Assembly (NCBI GenBank): GCA_018394315.1
Contig: CP074575.1
Location: 806,001 to 870,000 of the forward strand
Direction of reading: 5' to 3'
Length of the DNA: 64,000 nt
DNA from: Mycoplasmatota bacterium
GTDB lineage: Bacteria; Bacillota_I; Bacilli_A; MAG-NZ
Shown here in pieces: positions 57,313 to 64,000 of this stretch (positions are counted from its first letter, which is position 1; each line of letters starts with the position of its first letter). The notes beneath the pieces are model-generated. The model worked only from the letters and a program-made list of their open reading frames with translations, made no database searches and was not told where the DNA came from. The translations under genes were made by a program, and so were the position numbers.

Positions 57313-58107
57313 ATGAAAAAATTATTATTAATATTATCGCTAATGTTTGTAGTTACATTAACAGCATGTTCTAAAGAGGAAAAAATCGATTTGAAAGAAA
57401 TCGAAGAAAGAGGATATATCATCATGGGATTAGATGATACATTTGCCCCAATGGGTTTCAGAGATGAGTCAAATGAAATCGTTGGTTTTGATGTAGATTT
57501 AGCTAAAGAGTTATTTGGATCTACGGGTATTAAACTTAGGTTTCAGCCAATCGACTGGGCAATGAAAGAAACTGAATTAAACAATGGTAACATTGATATG
57601 ATTTGGAATGGTTATACGATTACACAAGAGAGAAAAGAAAAGGTTAACTTTTCAACACCATATATAAGTAGCAGACAAGTGATTATCACTCTAATGGATA
57701 GTGAAATAGATAAAATTAGCGACCTTGAAGGTAAAGTATTAGCTACACAAACTGGTTCTAGTTCATTGAATGCAATTACTGAATCAGAAGAATTAATGAG
57801 TTTTGTAAGTGAAGATGAAATTATTTTGTTTGGGTCATATAACGAAGCATTTATTGATCTTAAAGCAAGAAGAATAAATGCAATTGTTGCTGATGAAATT
57901 CTAGTTCGCTATTATATGAGTTCAAATGAAGAAACTGAATATAAAATTTTAGATGATGATTTAGGTTATGATGAATTCGGAATCGGATTAAGAAAAGAGT
58001 CAACAGATTTATTAGAATTAATTAACAACTTGTTAGATGAGATGAAACAAGACAAAAGAGCTGCTAAAATTTCCGTTAAGTGGTTTGCTGAAAATATAGT
58101 CGAATGA
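57313..58107 (+). CDS. Polar amino acid ABC transporter substrate-binding lipoprotein (likely His)
   Basis: Lipobox LTAC; DDTFAPMGF, GFDVDLA, IWNGYTIT.ER. Confidence 0.92.
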   Translation: MKKLLLILSLMFVVTLTACSKEEKIDLKEIEERGYIIMGLDDTFAPMGFRDESNEIVGFDVDLAKELFGSTGIKLRFQPIDWAMKETELNNGNIDMIWNGYTITQERKEKVNFSTPYISSRQVIITLMDSEIDKISDLEGKVLATQTGSSSLNAITESEELMSFVSEDEIILFGSYNEAFIDLKARRINAIVADEILVRYYMSSNEETEYKILDDDLGYDEFGIGLRKESTDLLELINNLLDEMKQDKRAAKISVKWFAENIVE

Positions 58108-58108
58108 T

Positions 58109-58750
58109 ATGGATTACTATTTAACTTTAATTAATCAATTATTTCTAGGTGCATTAGTAACACTTAAGTTCTTTATCTTAATTGGAATTGTGTCACTGTT
58201 CTTTGGCCTATTAGTATCGATACTTGGTCTTGTTTCAAATAGTTTCATTAAAAGAATAATAAATATATATGTACTTATTATGAGAGGTACCCCATTACTT
58301 TTACAACTTATTACTATTTATTTTGGCTTACCTATAATTGGTTTAAGCTTAAGTAGAACTGTCGCTGTGTTAATTGCATTTGCACTAAATTACTCAGCAT
58401 ACTTTAGTGAAATATTTCGAGGTGGATTCGAAAGCATCGATAAAGGACAGTTCGAAGCTGCGTTTGTACTTGGAATGAAAAAAAGAGATACATATAAGAA
58501 AATAGTGTTACCACAAGTGATTAAGAGAGTATTACCTTCAATTTCAAATGAGATAATAACTCTTGTAAAAGATACTTCTTTAATTTATGTTGTTGGATTA
58601 GGAGAATTATTAAGAATGGGTAAAATAGCCTCAAATAGAGATGCTTCACTAGTTCCATTGTTGTTCGTTGGATTGATATATCTCTTAATTATCTATGCAT
58701 TAACTAAATTATTAAAGAGATGGGAGCGCTCGTATGGATACTTTGAGTAA
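58109..58750 (+). CDS. Amino acid ABC transporter permease
   Basis: RGTPLLLQL, AYFSEIFRGG..SIDKGQFEAA, LVKDTSL. Confidence 0.95.
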   Translation: MDYYLTLINQLFLGALVTLKFFILIGIVSLFFGLLVSILGLVSNSFIKRIINIYVLIMRGTPLLLQLITIYFGLPIIGLSLSRTVAVLIAFALNYSAYFSEIFRGGFESIDKGQFEAAFVLGMKKRDTYKKIVLPQVIKRVLPSISNEIITLVKDTSLIYVVGLGELLRMGKIASNRDASLVPLLFVGLIYLLIIYALTKLLKRWERSYGYFE

Positions 58751-59399
58751 TATTGTTGAAATAAATAACTTAACAAAAAAGTTTGGCGAAAAGATTATCT
58801 TTAAAGAGCTCTCAATCAATTTCAAGGAAAAGGAAATAACAGTTATACTTGGTCCATCAGGTATTGGTAAAACTACTCTTTTGAGGTGTATATGTGGACT
58901 AGAGACAGTAAGTGATGGAGAAATAACAATAAATAATCAACCATACATAAAGTTTGGAGAAGTAGTAGACAAAAAAAATACACAGAAAGTTTTAAATGAT
59001 GTAGGCCTTGTTTTTCAAGACTTTAATTTGTTTCCTCATTTAACAGTGTACGAAAATATTAGAATTATAGTAAAAGATGATAAACTAGTTAAATACTGGC
59101 TAACTGAACTAGGAATGTTTGAAAAAAAAGATCTATATCCATTCGAGTTATCAGGGGGACAAAAACAGCGTGTAGCAATAGCTAGAGCGTTAATATTAAA
59201 ACCAAAATTACTGTGTTTTGATGAACCAACTTCAAATCTAGACTCATCTTTAAAAATGAACATAGCAAGCATTATTAAAAAGATTTCAAAAACTGGAACT
59301 TCAGTAATTATCATTACACATGACGAGTTATTCGCTGATGCTGTTGCTGATAATATAATAAAGTTTACTGACCTTTCTACTAATGTTAGTTGTAGATGA
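58734..59399 (+). CDS. Amino acid ABC transporter ATP-binding protein
   Basis: GPSGIGKT, LSGGQKQR, FDEPTS. Confidence 0.95.
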   Translation: MDTLSNIVEINNLTKKFGEKIIFKELSINFKEKEITVILGPSGIGKTTLLRCICGLETVSDGEITINNQPYIKFGEVVDKKNTQKVLNDVGLVFQDFNLFPHLTVYENIRIIVKDDKLVKYWLTELGMFEKKDLYPFELSGGQKQRVAIARALILKPKLLCFDEPTSNLDSSLKMNIASIIKKISKTGTSVIIITHDELFADAVADNIIKFTDLSTNVSCR

Positions 59400-59487
59400 T
59401 ATGAGATAAGGGCTTAAAATTACATGGAATTAATAAAATTAATCAGTGAAAAAGTAGTAAGTTATATTAGTATAAATTATCTGACAT

Positions 59488-59528
59488 GTTGCACCTGAAA
59501 ACGTTACAAAGCGCCGTATCATAAATAA
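59488..59528 (+). repeat. att-like site S8 (core 59511-59528)
   Basis: GTTGCACCTGAAAACGTTACAAA-GCGCCGTATCATAAATAA. Confidence 0.9.
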
Positions 59529-59637
59529 TTGTAAAACATGAGCAGAAATATCGCTTGTATAGAAGAACGAACAGAGTGAATATTCACTCTGTTTTCATTG
59601 GAGGAAACAAATGAAAGATATAAAGAATGTTTCATGA
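59529..59637 (+). repeat. Copy of 45178-45284: two hairpins, RBS and truncated ORF start MKDIKNVS*
   Basis: Direct alignment; includes the perfect 22-bp palindrome ACAGAGTGAATATTCACTCTGT. Confidence 0.88.
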
Positions 59638-59766
59638 TATTAGAAGCCTAAATTGAGAGAACTGATGAGAACGCTTTGTCGAATTGGGTCGGTTAATAAT
59701 AATATATTAGCAACGTGCATAAATGTGAATATGCTATAATTTTATTAAGAGTGAGGTGGATTTCTT

Positions 59767-60723
59767 ATGAGAAGAATAAGTCTGTTATTGATTATATTAT
59801 TAGTGTTGCTGTTAGGGTGTAATGAACAGAGTAACAAAGATAATGATGTACTAAGTGAATATCCTACTAAAGAAGAAGTATCTATTGAAGAACTAAGAGC
59901 TGCACAATATAAGATGATAGAATACGGAGATGAACTCTTAGATCGAGGTGTGTTCATCTCTTCATCGGGGGTTGATGAGCGTAATAGTATGTTACATATA
60001 GAAGTTTTTGACTTGAATGACGATAAAGCTGAAGTGATTTATGAGTATATTGATAAAGAACTAGTGACCTTGGAGAATGTATATCATTCTGAGATTAAAA
60101 CAGTGTTGAATGTAGTTGATGGTAGAGTGTTAGTAATTGACAATGAAAATTCAGCAGATATGACCTGGTATTCATATGATGAAGAGAAACTCAATGATCT
60201 TGGATTGAAAGCAGGTAATGTTATAGAAATTATTAGTACTGGAATGATACTTACATCAGACCCAGGCCAAGGATTCGCTATGGAGATAAAATTAACTGAT
60301 GTAAAATCAATCGAACCAAAATCCATTGAAGGGAAGTTAATTGGGGTGATGCTCCCTAGTTATTCCGCTAGGTTGCTAGTAAATGATGAGTATGTTTATT
60401 TTAGATCATTTTTTAATGTTAATGCTGAATTGATAGGTGATATTGTTGAGATGTACTATATTGGAGAGCAAGAAATAGATGGAAAAAGTGTGCTAAATGT
60501 TCATCGCTTTAATGTTATAGAAGAACATGATGCTTACGAAGGATATGTTGAGTCAGTTCATGGTGATCAAATTGTATTCAATAATTCGGAAGAGCAAATT
60601 ATTTTTAATATGGGTGCTTTTAATTCTAAAGATTTTGAAGTAGGTTTGGTTGTTTATATTGAATTCCAAGAGGTTGATGGTGTAAAAACAATTACTAACT
60701 TAATTTCACCGGAAAGCAACTAA
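59767..60723 (+). CDS. Hypothetical lipoprotein (OB-fold/YobA-like repeats)
   Basis: Lipobox LLGC; G..I.I...G.ILTSDPGQ. Confidence 0.7.
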   Translation: MRRISLLLIILLVLLLGCNEQSNKDNDVLSEYPTKEEVSIEELRAAQYKMIEYGDELLDRGVFISSSGVDERNSMLHIEVFDLNDDKAEVIYEYIDKELVTLENVYHSEIKTVLNVVDGRVLVIDNENSADMTWYSYDEEKLNDLGLKAGNVIEIISTGMILTSDPGQGFAMEIKLTDVKSIEPKSIEGKLIGVMLPSYSARLLVNDEYVYFRSFFNVNAELIGDIVEMYYIGEQEIDGKSVLNVHRFNVIEEHDAYEGYVESVHGDQIVFNNSEEQIIFNMGAFNSKDFEVGLVVYIEFQEVDGVKTITNLISPESN

Positions 60724-60997
60724 TGATAGGGCTGATTGTATTTCTTACTTATCAATCCAAGGGAATATCAAGCGGTAAGAATTGTGCGTTATAACCCGCA
60801 CCATTGTTTTCGTTTAGGTAGATTGATAATCCGCTGATTATCACTTATGTGTTTAATTCAATAAAAATGAAAGCAAAAGTATTGTTTGTTATGTACAAAA
60901 ACGACCCTTAACATAAGTATGTGAGGATATTAAAATATGCTGAAATTTGACCTTTTTCATAGTATAATAAATACGTATTCAAGAATGGTGTGGGAAT

Positions 60998-61438
60998 ATG
61001 AACATTATGGTGGAAAAGTTAGAAAAAGTATTTGGAATGAATAATGAGTTTCTTTGTAATATTGAAGAGGTTGACCTTAAATTACGTATAGATGGAATTA
61101 GGTCAAATACTATTGCTAGTCAAATCGCTTGTGTAGCAGGGGGGCGTGATTCATATGCAAAATGTATTCTTGAAGATGAGCCTTTTAGTTGGCGCCCTGA
61201 TTTTTCATATGATGATAGATATGAATATGATAAATTAATCAATCATTTAGGAAATAGAAGTAGTTCGTTAATTGCAGCACTTAAGTCTATTAAAAATTTT
61301 TCTCTAAATCAGGAAAGTCTAATCATTGATCTTATTAGTCATGAGTATTTACATCAAGGGCAAATTATTAGATATTTTTATGCGAATGAATTAGAAATGC
61401 CTAACTCAGTGAAATCGTTTTGGCACCTTGAAGATTAA
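60998..61438 (+). CDS. DinB/YfiT-like four-helix protein
   Basis: NTIASQ..C..G.R.SY and HEYLHQGQ. Confidence 0.65.
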   Translation: MNIMVEKLEKVFGMNNEFLCNIEEVDLKLRIDGIRSNTIASQIACVAGGRDSYAKCILEDEPFSWRPDFSYDDRYEYDKLINHLGNRSSSLIAALKSIKNFSLNQESLIIDLISHEYLHQGQIIRYFYANELEMPNSVKSFWHLED

Positions 61439-61465
61439 TTATATAATAGTTTGGGGAATAGTCTT

Positions 61466-62344
61466 ATGATTATTAAACAGAATGCTAAATCATTATTAAT
61501 AAAGAGTAATGGTATAGAGAGTGTGTTTGGAAATGACTTCTACATGAACATTTACAGAGGTTGTAGTCATAATTGTATTTACTGTGATTCGAGAAGTAGT
61601 TGTTATCGCGTAGAAAACTTCGATAAAGACGTCATTGTAAAAGATAATGCAGTTGAATTATTGGAGAAAGAATTAGTTAGCAAAAGAAAAAAAGGTGTAA
61701 TTAGTTTAAGTGGAGCAATGTCTGATTGTTATATGCATATTGAAAAGAAGCTTGAGTTAACTAGAGGTTGTTTAAATATACTAGATAAATATAATTATCC
61801 TGTAATGATACATACGAAAAGTGATTTGGTATTACGAGATATTGATATTTTAGAAAAAATAAACAATAAAACAAATGCAAATGTTTTGTTTACAATAACT
61901 ACAATTAATGATGAGCATGCTAGAATTATTGAACCTAATGCCCCATTACCAAGCAAGAGGTTTAAAGCATTAAAATCATTGAGTGATAAAGGAATTACCA
62001 CAGGAATTGCAATTTGGCCAATCATTCCTTTTATAACAGATCAAGAAAAAAATATTAACGAACTAATTAAGTATGCACATCTTGCGGGTTGTAAATATGT
62101 GATTTTTGGAGATGCGCTTACATTGAGAGGTAAGCAAAGAGAGTATTTTTATAAGAAGTTAGATGAAGCAGGGAGTGATTTAGCCAAAAAGTATAAACGA
62201 CTATATGGCGATAGTTATGTATGTAAATCAAAGAACATTGAAAAGATTAAAAAAATAATAAGAGATCTTTGTGAGGAATGTGGACTTGAGACTAAAGTTT
62301 CTTATTATCAGGTAAAAGAACCCAGCCAGATTAGTTTATTCTAA
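61466..62344 (+). CDS. Radical SAM protein (SplB/Rv2578c-like)
   Basis: NIYRGCSHNCIYCD, TKS.LVLRD.D, EPNAP...R; clamp-binding-like QISLF end. Confidence 0.9.
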   Translation: MIIKQNAKSLLIKSNGIESVFGNDFYMNIYRGCSHNCIYCDSRSSCYRVENFDKDVIVKDNAVELLEKELVSKRKKGVISLSGAMSDCYMHIEKKLELTRGCLNILDKYNYPVMIHTKSDLVLRDIDILEKINNKTNANVLFTITTINDEHARIIEPNAPLPSKRFKALKSLSDKGITTGIAIWPIIPFITDQEKNINELIKYAHLAGCKYVIFGDALTLRGKQREYFYKKLDEAGSDLAKKYKRLYGDSYVCKSKNIEKIKKIIRDLCEECGLETKVSYYQVKEPSQISLF

Positions 62345-62365
62345 ATTTGCGTTGAATTTTTGGAT

Positions 62366-62485
62366 AAGGAGTATCAAGGGTTAAGAATACAATTTGAATA
62401 CTGCTATGCCGTATTTTTTTATTTTAGATGACCCAGATGGTAATACACTTATAATTACAGGTGGACACGAGGAAAAATATAATTA
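62366..62485 (+). pseudogene. VOC/glyoxalase-family C-terminal relic
   Basis: Reads ...LDDPDGNTLIITGGHEEKYN*, with no intact 5' part. Confidence 0.5.
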
Positions 62486-62568
62486 ATCTTAACTTTAAGG
62501 ATATACCATAAATGATTTCAACAATGATAGCTGAGCATAACTATAATACAGTACACTATGGAGGAAAA

Positions 62569-63429
62569 ATGAAAATTTTAGTTTTAGGAGGAACAAGATT
62601 TGTAGGTATTCATTTAGTAAATGAATTACTTAAGAAATCTTATGATATTACTATTGCTAATAGAGGAACAACAAAAGATGAGTTTGGCCATGAAGTTAAG
62701 AGAATTGTATTTGATAGGTATGATTCTAAAAGTATCAAAGATAAACTTACTGATCAATATGATGTTATTTATGACACATTAGCTTATGCATCAAATGATG
62801 TTAAAGTATTGCTTGATAATATTAAATGTAATAAATATATAATGGTATCATCTGCTGCTGTGTATGAAGATTATATAAATGTATCTGAAGATAAGTTTCA
62901 GCCAGAAAAAAACAAGTTAATATGGTGTAATCGTGGTGATTATAGTTATTCGAAAATCAAAAGACAAGCTGAGACAGCAATTTATCAAGAATATTCATCG
63001 GTAAATGCAATTACAGTTAGATATCCTTTTGTAGTAGGAAATGATGATTACACAAATCGATTAAAGTTTTATGTTGAGCACATAATAAATGGATTACCAA
63101 TGTATATTGATAACTTAAATGATCAATTGTGCTTTATTAGTTCAAATGAGTGTGGGAACGCATTAGCAGAACTAGCAAGTAAAAATTATGTTGGACCACT
63201 TAACTTTTCAAATAGTGGTGCAATTTCAATAAAAGAAATTATTAACTATATTGAAAGAAAAACAGGTAAGATAGCTGAATATGCAAAAAATGGGGACGCA
63301 GGACCTTATAATGGAAAGTATGTTAGTAGTCTGAATTTGTCAGAGTGTAATAAATTAAACATTGATTTTAGTGATGTAAGAGAATGGATATTTAATCTGT
63401 TAGATGAAATTATTGAGGAAGTAATTTAG
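62569..63429 (+). CDS. NAD-dependent epimerase/dehydratase family protein
   Basis: MKILVLGGTRFVG..NRG, SSAAVY, YSKIK; ATG follows GGAGG. Confidence 0.9.
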   Translation: MKILVLGGTRFVGIHLVNELLKKSYDITIANRGTTKDEFGHEVKRIVFDRYDSKSIKDKLTDQYDVIYDTLAYASNDVKVLLDNIKCNKYIMVSSAAVYEDYINVSEDKFQPEKNKLIWCNRGDYSYSKIKRQAETAIYQEYSSVNAITVRYPFVVGNDDYTNRLKFYVEHIINGLPMYIDNLNDQLCFISSNECGNALAELASKNYVGPLNFSNSGAISIKEIINYIERKTGKIAEYAKNGDAGPYNGKYVSSLNLSECNKLNIDFSDVREWIFNLLDEIIEEVI

Positions 63430-63604
63430 TAACTGGTATACTGAAATTGCAATAGATATGATACAAATTAGGTCTAAGACGAGATTCAAGATGGATATTC
63501 AAGAAATTAAGAGCTTTGGGGTGAAAATTCGAGCCACCAGGTGGCGAATAGGCCTAGTTATCAGTAAATAAACAGGAGTAATACTATATTTGAAGGAGAA
63601 GTAA

Positions 63605-64000
63605 ATGATTATTTTAATTGGAGGAGCAAGTTGTACTGGGAAGACCTTAATGGCGAATAATTTAATGAAAAAGTATGCTATACCATATTTCTCACTGGAT
63701 TGGCTTAAAATGGGTCTCTATAGGAGTAATGGTGATATTAGATTTAACCCTAGTGACGATGATAAAAAGATAGAATCGTATTTAAGACCAATAGTTAGTG
63801 AGATGATTAAGACTTGTATTGAGAACAACCAAAGTTTAATTATTGAAGGTTGCTATATACTTCCATCAATATTAGATGATTTTGATGATGAGTACTTAAA
63901 TAAAATAATCTCAGTATTTCTTAACTTATCAGAGAATTACTTGATGAATAATTTTGAAGATGGAGTTATTAAAAATAGAAGTGTGATTGAATCTCGCAAC
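63605..64000 (+). CDS. P-loop kinase (2-phosphoglycerate/adenylate kinase-like), runs off the window
   Basis: MIILIGGASCTGKTLMA...PYFSLDWLKMGLYRS...LIIEGCY; AAGGAG RBS. Confidence 0.85.
   Translation, partial: MIILIGGASCTGKTLMANNLMKKYAIPYFSLDWLKMGLYRSNGDIRFNPSDDDKKIESYLRPIVSEMIKTCIENNQSLIIEGCYILPSILDDFDDEYLNKIISVFLNLSENYLMNNFEDGVIKNRSVIESRN

Noticed and set aside
60762..60782. 18/21 match to 62368-62388 (GGAATATCAAGCGGTAAGAAT vs GGAGTATCAAGGGTTAAGAAT)
   Set aside because: Short, does not extend and has no interpretable structure; may be chance or shared decayed coding sequence.
63554..63571. TTATCAGTAAATAA resembling the att core
   Set aside because: Requires an insertion and has no matching left arm.

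Overview
AT-rich chromosomal segment (standard genetic code, TGA = stop) from a spore-forming, basal Bacilli-like bacterium; the lineage is an inference, possibly Haloplasmatales/Turicibacter-like. Bases 1-43787 are core genome: tuf, ychF, a cobalamin-riboswitch-controlled nrdDG operon, rpsF-ssb-rpsR-gdpP-rplI-dnaB, prfA-prmC-tsaC-spoIIR, rpiB-upp, a probably Na+-coupled atp operon, spoIID-spoIIQ-spoIIID, cca-yhaM and yycJ-rlmH. From the rlmH stop codon to the window end is an accessory region cut into modules by at least eight direct copies of the 18-bp rlmH 3' end (GCGCCGTAyCATAAATAr, like the staphylococcal SCC integration-site repeat). Three copies lie at exactly 65-bp spacing; five distal copies share a distinct non-rlmH left arm. 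All cargo genes are on the + strand. No intact recombinase is present, only a short serine-recombinase relic. Cargo includes a 1771-aa DUF4011/SF1-helicase/nuclease defence-type protein carrying an inserted Lon-protease-like domain, a GNAT, a Pro T-box-proS relic-proBAC unit, a His T-box ABC transporter and several single genes and relics. The main candidate novel system is this integron-like cassette array at rlmH.
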